A stretch of DNA of 64,000 bases, from positions 2,666,001 to 2,730,000 of the forward strand of contig CAVNZM010000006.1 in the NCBI GenBank assembly GCA_963693365.1. The letters are read 5' to 3'. The notes beneath the pieces are model-generated. The model saw only the letters and a program-made list of their open reading frames with translations, searched no databases and had not been told where the DNA came from. A program made the translations under genes and the position numbers. This DNA is from Amoebidium appalachense. Its lineage: Eukaryota > Protista > Ichthyosporea. Within the stretch, counting starts at the first letter, position 1. The number at the start of each line of letters is the position of its first letter. Below are positions 15,683-51,593 of this stretch, piece by piece.

Positions 15683-17025
15683 TAGACACACAGACACATG
15701 CTCTCCGCACCCTCCCCCCCCCCCCCTCTCTCTCCCCCCCCCCTCCCTCTCTCTCTCTCTCTCTCTCCCCCCCTCCCTCCCTCTCCTTCTTCTCCACCCC
15801 CCTTTCCCCCGTTTCCTCCCGCCCCCAATCGCTCTGCACTTCCTCTCCTCCGCCCTCTTGCCCTCCCCCCCCTTTCTCTCCATACCTCCCCCCTTCCCTC
15901 CCTCCCGCTTCCCTCCCTCCCTCCCTTCCTCCTCCCCTCCGCCTCCCTCCCTCCCTCCCCCCCCCTCCCCCCCCCCCCCCTTCTCTCCTCTCACTCACTC
16001 ACTCACTCACTCCCTCACTCATTCACCCCCCCTCCCTCTCTCTTTCCTTTCTCTCCACACCCCTTCCCCCCGCTTCCTCCCCCTACCTCCCCTCGCTCTG
16101 CTCCCCCCCCCCCCCCCCCCCCGCTCGCCCTCCCTCCCTCCCTCCCTTCCTCCCTCCCTCCCTCCCCCTCCCCTCCCTCTCTCCTCTCCCCCCTCCCCGC
16201 CATCACCCCCCCCCCCTCCCCTTCTCTCCTCTCACTCACTCACTCACTCACTCACTCAACCCCCTTCCCCTTTCCCCCTTTCCCCCCTTGCCCCCTCTTT
16301 GTGGCTCCCTATACCTATCTCTGCCCATCTTTGTTAACCCTTTACTCTACGCGTTCTGCCCATCGTCTCTTATTTGCTCAAAAGTGCTTCTTCTCCCTGC
16401 CCTCTGTCTTGCTTCCAATCCCGTCCCTGCTTTTCCTGTCTTTCCTGCACTCGTTGTGTTCCCTGCCCCCCCCCCCCCCCTCCCCTCTTCCTCTCTCCCT
16501 CTCCCTCCCCCCTCTCTCCCTCCCCCACCCCTCTCATTCTCTCTCTCTCTCTGCCCTCTCCCCACCGTCCCCCTCCCCCTACCTCATTCTTTTTTCTTTC
16601 CCCTCCCCCTCCCCCCTCCCCCTCTCCCCTCCTTCCCATGTACTTTCCCTAATCCCTCCATCCTCCCTCCCTCCCTCCCTCCCTCCCTCCCTCCCTTCCT
16701 GTTTTCTTCACCCATGCCTGTCTACTTCTTTCTTCCCATATCCGTCTCTCTGCCTCCGTCCTCCCCCTTCCCCCCCTCCCCCCTTACCCCCCCCCCCTTC
16801 CCTCCTCCTCTCCCTCCCCCCCCCCCCCCCCCCCGCCTCCCCCCCCCGCCACATCTCTCGTCCCTCCCTTAATATATTACACTTCTTACTCACCAGCTCG
16901 TGTTGTTGCCTTGCCCCCCCACACCCCAACCCTTTGAACACACACACACAGCCTTCCCAGCTTACCCAAATCCCAAACAAAGTGGTACAGAATCAACTTG
17001 GGCGAACTGTTCCACCACAAACACA

Positions 17026-17064
<39 letters not shown>

Positions 17065-17159
17065 ACCCACCCACCCACACCCACCCACCCACTCAGACAC
17101 GCACCCCCCCCCCCCACACACACACGCACGCACACACACACACACACACACAAAGACAC

Positions 17160-17203
<44 letters not shown>

Positions 17204-17228
17204 GCACACACATGCACACACACAAACA

Positions 17229-17275
<47 letters not shown>

Positions 17276-17284
17276 CCACACACA

Positions 17285-17402
<118 letters not shown>

Positions 17403-17412
17403 CCACACACAC

Positions 17413-34475
<17,063 letters not shown>

Positions 34476-34508
34476 CCCCAAAGTTCCCCACAGAGTTGGG
34501 GGGGAAGG

Positions 34509-34556
<48 letters not shown>

Positions 34557-35048
34557 GCTATGGGTGTTTCTCCGTGCACTTGCACACATGATGGGTGGAT
34601 TGTGAACGTACACACATGCACATGCACACACACGACCCACAAACACTGTTTGTGGTGGGTGTGATTTTTTTGTTTCAGCTGTATGACCTCAGCCGGCGGG
34701 TAGTGCTGCCTTTGATATTGCATGATAGTCTGCAATGATCCAGGAAGTAGTATTGGATGGAAAAGCATGAATGACAGTGTCACGTCTGTGTACTTTTTGA
34801 CGTGTTTTTGTGGTTGCGACTATTGTTAGTCTCTGGGTGCGCAAGTCGTGCGTTTTTGAAAAAGAGGATAAGGGCTGATTGGATGGCTTATGATCAATGA
34901 CATCATGACGTACGTGGTGTGTTTCCTTTTATTCACCCAATGTCACATGCGCGTGCTCACACACACACACAAACACACACACACTCATCACACGCGCACA
35001 CACGCACACACACACATTTCACTCGGGCACGCGCACGCAACACAAACG

Positions 35049-35093
<45 letters not shown>

Positions 35094-35400
35094 TTCACTC
35101 GAGCACGGTCACGCAACACAAACACACACGACACACACGTGCACACACACACAAAGCACGCACACATATACACACACACGTACTTTTCTCATCTGCTTCA
35201 ATGGACGTATGTTTGTGTGTCAGCCTAGCTGTGCACGTGGGCACCAGGTCACGGCTCCCACCGCCTTTCACCCACCGGCACACACACCACACAGACATGT
35301 ACAAGACACACCACGGTGTGGTGTTGTTGATCCTTTCAGCAAAAACCAATACAGTATTGATACCATAATACCTTGCCCTAAGTACATCTCGTTTTTAGAC

Positions 35401-35451
<51 letters not shown>

Positions 35452-35942
35452 ACACATACACACACACACACCTTCTTTCACACACACTGGCACATATACA
35501 CACAAATCCCACCCCACACAAACACGCCCACACGCACACACATACAGTAGAGACACTGGGTTTCTTCAAGCGGTGACACACACACACTTTTTACCCGATT
35601 ACTCGACCACGCACGGGTGCACGTGCGCACACGCACAAACGCAGACACGTGTGTGCTCGCACACACCCACACCCACACAGACATAGATACACCTAAAAAC
35701 ACACACACATCTTAAGTATGTTAAGTGTTGCACAGCAACCACAACATCCGGTTCTAAATTTATATATCAAGGACGATCCATCCTTGGACGAGCCATGCTT
35801 GCTAGCCCGTCGAGATATCCCGGATATATATCTTTCAATGAAATTTCAGACCACCAGGATCATGATCATCAAGCAGAATCAAGTTATCAAGCTTACAATA
35901 TATCTACATGCCGATGTCTCAAATTTTCGGACAGAACCAAAT

Positions 35943-36063
35943 CCTCATTCTCAAGGGCCTTCTTGCCATATATCTCATTCCCCAAACTAACCCCTGATTA
36001 TGTATCTCCCATTTACTAGGCCGATGGGCTGTGACGCGTCCCAAATGCGTTAACACCTACTAT
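35943..36063 (+). pseudogene. Possible frameshifted tyrosine-recombinase C-terminal remnant (DIRS/Crypton-like)
   Basis: Across two frameshifts reads PHS-x-RAFLP...LLGRWAVTRPKCVNTYY, matching the order HxxR ... GRW ... Y of tyrosine recombinase box II. No intact ORF. Confidence 0.3.
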
Positions 36064-36167
36064 CACATCGCCTTCGATTTCGAAGTCCCTAATGTTGTTC
36101 GTGTACAAACGGGTTGTGTCTCCACATTCGTGCCTGTCTACGCATTCTGTTTCTCAGTCATTGCCTC

Positions 36168-36199
<32 letters not shown>

Positions 36200-36212
36200 A
36201 AAAAAAAACCCC

Positions 36213-38973
<2,761 letters not shown>

Positions 38974-39748
38974 CGGATGATTCTATGAGAATTTGGGGCC
39001 AAGTTCGTGGAAGAGATGTGTTGGGTAGAGTAGCAGCGAAACGAGATCTGTGTGGTTCGGTAGTGTTGTATTATGTTTTGCGGTGGATCTTTGAGTGGGG
39101 AACAAAACTAAGACCTGAGTGAAAAAATGGCACACAACATGTACAAACAATGTTAGTCCGTTTTTATTAGCCTACGAATATACTCTATTATTTCAATAAT
39201 GACGTTAAATGCTTCTGCAGAATCATCGTTCAGGAGTGTTTTTGCCCAGCAAACTGTCTCTTCTCTCTTGATGTAAAGGGGCTGTGCGACCTTTACCCTT
39301 GGGGGCGTGTGCGGAAATTTGACTCGGAACTTCCTGACTCACTGAGCCCGAGGGCAGAGGAGCGGCGACCCGATAAGTCCAGCTGTCATATGATTGGTTG
39401 CAGTAATTTACCGGCTCCATGATGACTCAGGCGGTCGCATGTCGAAGCAAAGAGTGAAATGCTGAGACATGGACATGCGCAGATATCTGCATTATTACTG
39501 GTTGCTTATCAAGAAGGTAGTAATTCAATCTCTTATTGCTATTCTACAGGCTGTGCTATAGTCAAACTAAATTTTTTTTAGTCTTCATTACTTTGCAAGG
39601 TTCATTTTCAATATGTAGCTACCCATATCACATGTATGCGTTCTTCCTATTGGTCGGAAACAGTGTCGACAAAATTACATGTATTCTATTCGTAACATAT
39701 CACGAGTATCGGATATCCATTCAAAAAGCAATGAGATAGATCGTTCTG

Positions 39749-39783
39749 ATTGGCAAATATCTTGGTTTGGTCAGGTATATAAA
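39749..39783 (+). promoter_or_regulatory. Putative CCAAT (reverse, ATTGG) and TATA box of chorismate synthase, in a divergent intergenic region
   Basis: ATTGG at 39749-39753 and TATATAAA at 39776-39783, about 100 bp upstream of ATG 39883. The region 38974-39882 between two head-to-head genes is free of microsatellites. Confidence 0.5.
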
Positions 39784-39882
39784 CATGGCATGTTCAGTTT
39801 CTCTCATTTTCTTCCGTGACCTCACAGCCGCTTCGTTTCGTCCTTCCAGAGGCCCCTTTGTATCTTTCAGATTGTTTCAAAC

Positions 39883-42800
39883 ATGAGTTCCTTTGGACGT
39901 TATTTCCGCGTTACAACCTTCGGGGAGTCGCATTGTAAAGGTGTAGGTTGCATTGTGGATGGCGTGCCACCGCAGATGGCGCTCACAGGTATGCTTCATT
40001 CACGTGAGGCTTTTCGAGCTGGGGGGTATATGAGTTACTTCCCTGTGGGTATGCACGTTCAAGGAGGTGTCTGGATGCGTGCGTGCGTGGGTGCCTGAAT
40101 GTGTGCCAATATGAGTGTGCCCAGTGTGCGTGGAATAAAGTGTTGGGATAGCTTGTTGCAAAGAGAGAACATCGTGCCAAACATGAGTGGCTTGTTTGGC
40201 ACGTGGAACGGCTTGACTGGCCTGGGTTCCTCCGCTTTAGTCTTCTTGCGGGTTCTTGTGTTCCAGTTTCTCCTTTACCTTGGTTAGAGAGAATGGGCTT
40301 GATTGGAGAGGTCAAGTCGAGGTGGCCTGGCGCTGGGTTCAGTCACTTCCCTCTTTTTTTCGTGTGGGTGCTTGTGTGTTTGGCTCTGGACCTCCCTAAG
40401 GGCCATGTTCTGTGTGCAGAGGATGATATCCAGCCTCAGCTGACCCGCAGACGGCCCGGCCAGAGCAAAATGACCACTCCGGTATGTGGGCCCATGAGCT
40501 GTGTACCTGGGGGTGGGGAGGGGGGAGGGGGGGGGGGGGGGGGATACCGTAGTTGCTCAGGGGCTGTGAGCTGGCAAGCAGCAGGAAAGAGAGTGCATGT
40601 GTATTTGTTGGTATGTCGTTGGAAACGGGGTGTGTGTGTTTGGGGGTGGGGGGGGAATATGCACCTATAGCCATGACTGTCTTAGAAGGTTTGTGCTTGT
40701 ACCTACCTGTGCTTGTTGGCTCGAAACGTTTTCGTGGCTCATCAATATATGAGTTGGTGAAAGAGAGTAAGGTGGGGAGTCGGGGGAGAGGTCTGGTGGG
40801 GGTGGTAGGACAGGCACTTTCGAAGGGGAGGGGAGGGGGAGGCAAGGCGTTTTTGATGTGGGGGGGGGGGGGGGGGGGGGGGGGGAAGACACCCAACCGA
40901 TCGAGCGAGCGGTGTACTGAGATCCTTTAGAGAGACGTCAACTTTGGGGATGGAGCAGTTGTTATGAGCCTGTGACCATGATATCAGTTCTGGTGAACAG
41001 GACCTAGGCAGAAGAAGGGAACAGCTGTGTGTGTGTGTGTTTGGTGGTGGCGGTGGCCGCCGGCTGCGGGGGAAGGGGGGGGGAGGGAGGGAGGGGGGGG
41101 GGGGTTTCTGGCAAGCGCTAATTAGAGGCTGTGTGCTGACTTTGTTTCACAGCGTGACGAGAAGGACCGGGTGACAATCCTGTCTGGCACAGAGAGAGGT
41201 GTGTGCTTGGTCGCTGTGTGGTTGCTCACTGTATGTTTGCAAGTGCAGGTGGCTAGGAAGGGGGCTCACTGGTTTGCGTGCGCATGCGCCAGAAAGAAGA
41301 GGGATAGAGTGTGTGCTTTTTTTGTTTGTTTGTTTTTTTTTTTTTGGTGGGGGGGGGGGGGGGGGGGGGGGGGGGTGTTACAGGTAGAGAGCAAATGGTC
41401 CTGTTCCATAAGTGGAGGCGAGGACCTTTTTCCGGGATGATAATGTCTTTCTTTGCATGTTCCTTTTTTTCCACCCAACCTTTTCTGATTGGCTGGCTGC
41501 GTGCAGGGCTGACTCTGGGCACACCGATTGGGCTGTTGGTCTTCAACGAGGACCAGAGGCCAGGGGACTACAAGGAGATGAACACAGGTGTGTGCATGTG
41601 TGTGTGGGGGGGGGGGCAAGGGGAGGGGAGGTATGTGCACGTGCGGCAGGGGAGAGGAGGGGTGAAGTGTGAAGCAGAGATAGGAGGGACAGGGGGTGCG
41701 TGAGAGGTGGGGTGCGTGTTGGGGAGGGGGGAAAGGTGGTGTCAAGCGATTAGCCAGGTGTGGAGTGTGTCTGTGTAGAAAAGTTCCTTTAGACATGAGC
41801 ATGTGCACGTTGAACAGATGAAAGGCAGAGGGGGGGGAGGGGCTGTGACAAATAGTGTTGCTGTTGTGTCCCTTGTATATGGTTGGCTGCCGGCACTCCT
41901 TTGTGCGTGTGTTGTAACAGCTGTAAAGTGCCCCACCAGCCTCCATGTCTCTCCTCAACCCCTCACCCACTCCGTCTAATACTTTTTTTTTTGTAGACAA
42001 ATAAGCTGAGGAGGGCTCTAACGAGGGTCCCCCGGGGGGGGGGGGGGGGGGGGGGGGGGGGAGGCTCTCAACAATATAGAAGCATGTATTTTTATTGGTG
42101 ATAGGGGGGGGGGGGGGGGTCCTTTTGCATACCAAAATGTTTGATGTAGAGCGACACGTGGGGTGGTTGGGGTAAGAGCAGGCTGGTGACTTCCATAGAT
42201 GGTGTATGTTGTCTGTGTGATTACTTCGTACTACTTGTGTGCGGCATTCTAACACCCTCCGTCAACTCCCGGTCCCTCTTCACCCTCTCCCGGCCCCTTC
42301 GTTACCCTTTCCCCTCCCCTTTCATTTACAGTTCCCAGGCCCTCGCATGCCGACTACACGTACATTGAGAAGTATGGAATCCACTCGGCTAGCGGTGGCG
42401 GCCGCTCGTCCGCACGTGAGACCATTGGTGAGGGATGGCCCCGTGCACATGTGTTCATGTACACACGCACACAAAGGCATACGAACACACACACACACAC
42501 ACACATGCATGCATGCCCGTGCCTGTGATACCATCCTTACCAAGACTTATCATCGAACCACCGTTCTTCCCCTCACGCCCCTGACACATGAAGACTAAAT
42601 GAAACATGTCCCCCCTCTCTGTCCCCCCCCCCCCCCCCCCCCCCCTCCCCCTGCCCTGCCCTGCCCGCCCGCCCAAACGCCCCCAGACTCACATTCATGC
42701 AATAGCCACTTTGGCCCCCCCCCCTCCCCCCCCCCCCCCCCCCCCCCCATGTTCGCCGATGCACCCTTTCAACTCACACCATACCTTTGAAGATTTTTTT

Positions 42801-43600
42801 TGCTAATGTTGGATTTCGTGTTCCTCCCTCCCCCCCGTCATCCCGGGTGTTTTTGCTCACGTGGGGTCTGGCAGGGCGTGTGGCGGCCGGTGCAATTGCG
42901 GAGAAGTGGCTGAGGGAGCAGTATGGCATCGAGATTGTGGCCTTTGTTAGGTATTAAAATTCTAAACGGTGTTAAAGTTTTTGGCGGTGCATTGTGGTTG
43001 GTGGTCAGATTGTATGAGGAGAATGGGCTGGGAGGGGGGAGGGAGGGGATAGTGCTGGGTAGGAAGGGACTTGGTGGTCTTGTGGGCATCGTGAAGCATG
43101 GAGGGATTTTTCCATCTCGACAGGGGGAGGGGGGGGGGGGGGGGGGTTGGTTCTTATAAACTTGGATGAAGTCGATTATGAAACGACTCTTGCTTGCTTG
43201 CAACACTTTTTTCTCTTTCCCCCGCTTAGCCCCCTTTCTTTTTCCTCCTGTTCTTCCTTCCCCTCTCTTCCCTTTGCCTGCCTCAGGTTCGTCTCCTTCT
43301 ACCAATAAAACTATTAATCACTCTCACGCTCACATTATGAAACACGCTGACACACACACACACACCAGCTCTGTAGGCCCCGTGCACATGCCCCTGACGG
43401 AGGAGGCTTTGGCGACGGTGACACGTGAGCAGGTGGACAAGCACATGATCCGCTGCCCCGACCAATCATATTGCGACAAAATGGCAGAGGTTGTTCTGGA
43501 AGCACGCAACGAAAACGACTCCATTGGCGGTGCGTCACTTTTCATCCTCCCTCTTCCCCCCCCCCCCCCTCCCCCCCCCCCCCCCCCCCCCCCTTCCAAT

Positions 43601-43632
<32 letters not shown>

Positions 43633-43755
43633 GTGGGGCCCCTTTGAGGTATAGCTCTGCTCATCATACATACTAATTGTGTGTGGTTTGCACATGCATT
43701 GTGTTGTCGTGATGATTTGGTACTTCGTATTCAATAGAGCATTCAAAACCCGGCT

Positions 43756-43793
<38 letters not shown>

Positions 43794-43973
43794 TCCTGAT
43801 GAGGTGGGATGGGGAGGGAAGGGAGGGGGGGGGGGGGGGGGCATTTTCGAGGGTTGTTGGGCTAGAGGAGGATGAGTGTGGGTGGTTGTGTCCAAGTGTT
43901 GGGTGGAGATTTGATGGTTGGAAATGGGTGCTGGCTGTTGGTGGGGAAAATGAGAGAGAGGGGGCCTCGTGGT

Positions 43974-44007
<34 letters not shown>

Positions 44008-44077
44008 TTTTCCCAAGCTGGTGGATTAGAGACTAACTTTGCAGTGTCTACCGAATTCGGAGTTTGAGGGAACAAGG

Positions 44078-44116
<39 letters not shown>

Positions 44117-44762
44117 CTGAAGACCTTTGTGTGTGTTTGGGGGGGGGGGGGGGGGGGGGGGGGGGGAATATGCTATGATAAATCATGAGATGCTATTCTA
44201 ATGTATCTATCATCCTTTGTTCCCACCCCTGTTTGCACACCTGCATTGAATACCCAGCCAGGTATTAAACACTAGTGCCCTACCACTGTATGCACACACT
44301 GACTCTATAAGGGGTGCAGGGTGTGTGGGCTGTGTGATCAGGGGCATACCCACGGGCTGGGGTGAGCCCTGCTTCGACAAACTCGAGGCACTGCTTGCAC
44401 ACGCCATGCTGTCCATCCCGGCAACAAAGGGTGGGTAGACCCTGTGTTCTTTAAGGGACTGATACTATTAAAATGGATGGGAAGGGGACAATGTGCCGGG
44501 GCCGCGGGGGAGGGGGGGGGATTGTCGGTGGGAGATGTTTGGGGTATTGATGGGGAATATGTGAATGGAGTTGGATTGTGCATCAGAGTTGGTGGTTGTT
44601 GTGTGTATTAGATGGCTATATCACGGATATGTTTGGTGGACGGGTCTGATGCCTACCGGACGGGTGCAGGGAAGTTTGTGTCTGTGTGTACGTGTATACG
44701 TGTGTGTGCTCAGTTTGTGTAATTTAGTCTTGGAGTGATTAGGTTTTTTTGCACAGCCCCTA

Positions 44763-44797
<35 letters not shown>

Positions 44798-46215
44798 GCT
44801 GTTGCTGTTGCTGAGTCAGAATTAAGGAGGTACGTTTGGTGGTGATGGTGTGTGTGGGGGGGGGGGGGGGGGGGGGGGGAGAGGCAAGGGCTGATGGATG
44901 ACGCTACAGGGTTTGAAATTGGCAGCGGGTTCAAGGGAACTGAGATGAGGGGGCACGTGCACAACGACCCCTTCGTGAAGAAGGCAGACGGCACCCTCGG
45001 CACAAAGACAAACAACTCGGGGGGCATCCAGGTATGCACACACACAGTTCAAACATAACAGACTTGGGCGATATTAGGGTTTTGTGTGTTGACAGATGTT
45101 GAAGAGTGTCTTGCTTGTGTGCGACTGGTAAGCTTTTGTTGACCCTCTTCATATATTCCGGTTCTCGTTCCTTTTCTTTTCCTGTGTTTTGCCTGACCCT
45201 GCCATTTTTTTGTGTTTTATCTCCTTCATGGTGGTTGTGGGTTTTGATGGGATCATGAACCTCTTTGACAAAGAAGTAGACTCGTTCGTTGTGCCTCCCA
45301 GGAAAGGCGCTCCTGAGACTGTGTGTGTGTGTGTGTGTGTGCTGGTGGTGTGTGTGTGTTGGGCCTGGGGAAGGAGGGGAGGGAGGGAGGGGGGGGGGGG
45401 GGGGGGGTATGTAACAGGGTGTGCCCGTTCAAAGGGAGGGATCAGCAACTCGATGCCCGTGTACTTCCGCATTGCTTTCAAGCCCCCAGCAACCATCAGC
45501 CAAGCTCAGAGCACCGTGGACTTCAACGGGGAGGTACGTGACACACACACTTACACGCATACACACACACACACACACAAACGCACACACAGACACACAC
45601 ATACCGTGACTCTCTCACACTCACACGCACACGCACACGCACGCACGTACATATTCACTATGCACATTTATACACACGCACGCACACACACACACATATA
45701 CCACACACTCGAAGGCAAACGTACACACACACGAAGGCACATGCACACACACGCGGGGCTACCCAGTGTTACACTCATGTGGATGCATGCACATGCACAC
45801 CCTCATACTTGGCAAGGCACACACAAGTGCCCTCTGCTCCCGGGAGATAGGCTCATTTGTTGGTGTTGATGCCACGTCGTGATAACACGGTGCTCACCTG
45901 CATACACACATGCCCACACACACTTACTGACGACCCCAAATATATTTTCTACTCTTGATGTTTTCTGTTTGGGATTCATTGTACCTTTTGCCGTTTTTCT
46001 ATTTTTTATTTATTTATTTATTTATTTTTTGTCCGTATACTTTGTACTCTCCTGTGTAGCATATGCTAACATCCTTTCCCTCTCTCCCTCTCTCCCTCCC
46101 TCCCCGCATCCCTCCCCCCCCCCCTCCCCCCACACCCCCTCCCCCCCACACCCCCCCCACACCCCACACCCCACACACACACACACACACACACCTTCCT
46201 TTCCACACACGCACA

Positions 46216-46262
<47 letters not shown>

Positions 46263-46885
46263 GTGTACAGGATGCCGTGCTTGAGGCCAAGGGTCGCCAT
46301 GATCCCTGTGTGGTGCCACGTGCGGTGCCCATCGTCGAGGCTATGGCTGCCCTCGTCCTCGCAGAGTATGTGCCCCCCTCTCTCCCCGGGGCCCCCTTTC
46401 ATGTAGGAGGCACTGCCACGGATTGGCCTAGGTGTTCAGTCAGACCACACTTGTGAGCCTAAAGCAAAAACCTCATTCTCCCCCCGTGAATGGGTCGAAA
46501 CTCGGGTACTGTGGATGACGTGGGCATCAAGGGACCTAAGGATGGGCTCTGCTTATTATGCACACTCTTTATGTACGGCTTGCACTCTGCATCGTGTTAT
46601 CCGTTGTTCATGTGTACTTCGTACTTTATGACGCATTCAAACCCCCTCCCCCCTTCTTTTTTTTATCGCCTCGCACATACACTTCAAACCGACAACATCA
46701 AGCACACACGCTGTTGAACCTTTGGCTTATCCTAATAACCCCTCCCCCCCTCCCCACACACACACACACACACACACAGTGTGGCCATGGCGCAGCTTGC
46801 CCGTCAGGCATCCATTGTGCCGCCATCCACGTTCCCCCGCATGCCGGAAGCAAAGAGGGCACGCAACGGAGATGAGGCGCACTGA
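39883..46885 (+). CDS. aroC: Chorismate synthase (AroC/Aro2), 386 aa, 12 exons
   Basis: Exons 39883-39988, 40420-40481, 41153-41198, 41507-41587, 42332-42427, 42875-42950, 43369-43529, 44320-44430, 44910-45031, 45435-45533, 46271-46365, 46780-46885 (1161 nt). Signatures [87 protein letters not shown] and [18 protein letters not shown]. Confidence 0.97.
46488..46645 (+). repeat. Dispersed ~160-bp element (SINE-like or intronic RNA-like); best copy, in the last aroC intron
   Basis: GGTCGAAACTCGGGTACTGTGGATGACGTGGG...GGATGGGCTCTGCTTATTATGCA...TTGCACTCTGCATCGTGTTATCCG...GACGCATTCAA. Related copies at about 10790-10890(-), 26630-26885(+), 55805-55870(-) and 61770-61920(-); fragments at about 10107(-), 30743(+) and 32592(+). 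Confidence 0.8.
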
Positions 46886-47307
46886 TTTGCATATCATGTT
46901 TTTTTGCCCGTGCCTTTCACTGTTTCTCTTCTTACATTTGTATTTTATTTCTTCTCGAGTGGAGTTACGCCTCCCTGGGGAAGCTCCTTGTTAGTCTTGG
47001 AGGGTGTACGGATTCTTTAATTAAATTGGGCATGGAACACTAGCACACAATTCTCACTGGCAGGGAGTTTCTCTCATCATATTATTTATGTTGACGTCCT
47101 GTCCTAGGTTGTTAATTCAAGCCAAATTTCAAGTTTTCTGATCTCTCCATGACACCCCTTCACTCGAGATACTGTCGCGCGCACACACGGTGCATTGGGT
47201 CTCAAAAAGAAAACCAATGGAGTGTTGAACCTTTCCTCACTACTACTACTTTATCTCGGGAGGCAATAGATAAGTAGGGCATAAAGCTTGTTGTGGCGGT
47301 TTAGTTA

Positions 47308-47410
47308 CGCAAACCGTAGGTAGCTATTTGTATGCGTGGTGTGTATTCATGTGTGGGCGCAAACCGTCGGTAGCTATTTGTATGCGTGGTGTGTATTCAT
47401 GTGTGGGCGC
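47308..47410. repeat. Tandem duplication of a 50-bp unit
   Basis: CGCAAACCGT(A/C)GGTAGCTATTTGTATGCGTGGTGTGTATTCATGTGTGGG occurs twice with one mismatch. Confidence 0.92.
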
Positions 47411-48581
47411 TATAGTAGCATGATGGTAGAGTCATCGAAGACATGTGTTCGATTGATCGTGAGTGCGCTGGTAGCACATGCACGTGGCCTTTCACCTTGT
47501 GAATAGTAAAAATTGTAAGGCTGTAAAGCGTCAAAGAAAGTGTTTGTCACTGTTAAACCTTGAGAAGACCCCCAACCGTTATCATTGCATCATTCCTGCT
47601 TCTTTAGTTGTTGTTTTTATTCCTATTTTTTTAGTTGTTTTATCATTGAACTCGGTCACTGATAAGTTGAAAAGTTGAATCAGTGTGCTTTGAGCTGGAG
47701 TGTTCTGCTGAAGCACGTCAGTTTCAAATGCCATCTTAGCCGCTGAGTTTAACTCTTTTGTACTTACGTAAACTTATTATATCCCCTGGGTATGAAATAT
47801 ATCAATGCTCGTATGTCTCCTGAGGCCGCGCACAGTGCACACTGGAGCACACACACTGTGACATGCAACTGCATGTGCCATTGCACACCGTGCACGTCAC
47901 GCGTGTATGCACACGTGTGCCGCGGCATTTGCGCCGCGCCGTCACGACTCTCGGTATACGTACCATAATTACTTCCACATAAACTGTAGTGATCGAGTGG
48001 AACACCTACAATATGGCACCATCCAGTAGTATTGTGAGGTTATAACAGGGTTTAAAACAAAGAGGTGTCTCTTTTCTATATACTAAACTATGCGTCACGG
48101 CGATCTACAAACGTGATATACATTTTAAATCCATTTTATCTCAATCTTTAAAAGTGCTCTCTTCCGTGTGGTGACGGCCAATCATTGCCCTTACGTCTTC
48201 ACCTCAGCCAATCACAAGCATTAAACAGCGTTTTTGATTATGCATGACTTATGACGAATCAACGAAAGGTGATAGCTTACGTAGTTTTTTGCAACGTAAG
48301 GAAGTTGATCATTTTGAGTTTTGACCCGAACCTTGGAGAATTTCTTTGATTCGACCCAGAATTATCGGGTCATCTGAACAGTTTCACTTCTGAACCGAAC
48401 CGGTTCTTACCTAGCCTGCCGCCTACACCTACACCTAGCTACAACCAATGAACATAGTCCAAACTCTTGCAAATGATTGGTACACCTTATTTCAGGCGCC
48501 AACACAACATGGCAGTGGCGCGCAGAGTTTGTGGTGTTCGTGAAACCAGTGTACCGTTTCGTCCCAACTAGTGGCAACAAT

Positions 48582-50602
<2,021 letters not shown>

Positions 50603-50972
50603 GTATGACCTGCTGGGTATGAGGCAACCAAAAATGGCGCCACCTGCTCATAACGGGAATTTTACCTTTTCACGATCGTCCGCCCGCATGTGCACGGCAA
50701 CCTGTTTTTTTGTGTTACTCTACTCGATGATAGATTTCAGGCCGTTTGTGGGCCATATCCTGCGTCGCGTAAGGCAATTAATGATTTCATCAACGCAAAG
50801 TTTGCTAAACCTCGCATAGTCCTGCTTGCAGCCTAACATGCATGTCAGACCCAGCGGCTGTGGTGTAGACAGAGTTTCCTGCCTGGTTAGACTTTTAGCG
50901 TGCATGTTCTTCTAGAATATGTAAGAATGGCTACTACGTTTAAGCCAGCCCAATATATTCGTTTAACAAAGA

Positions 50973-51008
<36 letters not shown>

Positions 51009-51186
51009 TTTTCTGGGTGGAGTGGTGGTACATAGGGGGTTTTTCCTTTGGATGATGAGCTTTTTTTGCCTCGAGATGTATCGTAAGTTCTATGAAAGTT
51101 CTAATCATAACTATACTGTAATATGCAGCTTATAATGTGTGGTCTCCCTACTTTGTGTCTTTCAGTGTGTGTGTGTGGGGTGGGGT

Positions 51187-51225
<39 letters not shown>

Positions 51226-51427
51226 AGCAATCCGTTTAGTATGATTTCTTCTTGATGTGGCAGGCATGTGACACGTAACGCTTGGCCCGACTGACTGATC
51301 AATGCCCCTGTATATCTTACCCAATGTAACGGAAACCAAACAAATATCCACTGCATGAACAAGCATAGTTCCCCCACTGCATGTGGCACTATCATGTGGC
51401 TGAGTAAAATAACTATCTCTATGTCAG

Positions 51428-51554
51428 AGCGGACGATCTCACAGGGCTCTTTGATCCCCCCCCCCCCCATAAATCCCAACCCCACCACCACCACCACCAC
51501 CACCCCATCCAACCCATAACACCACCCTGATATGCTGCTACCGGTACCCCTGCC

Positions 51555-51593
<39 letters not shown>

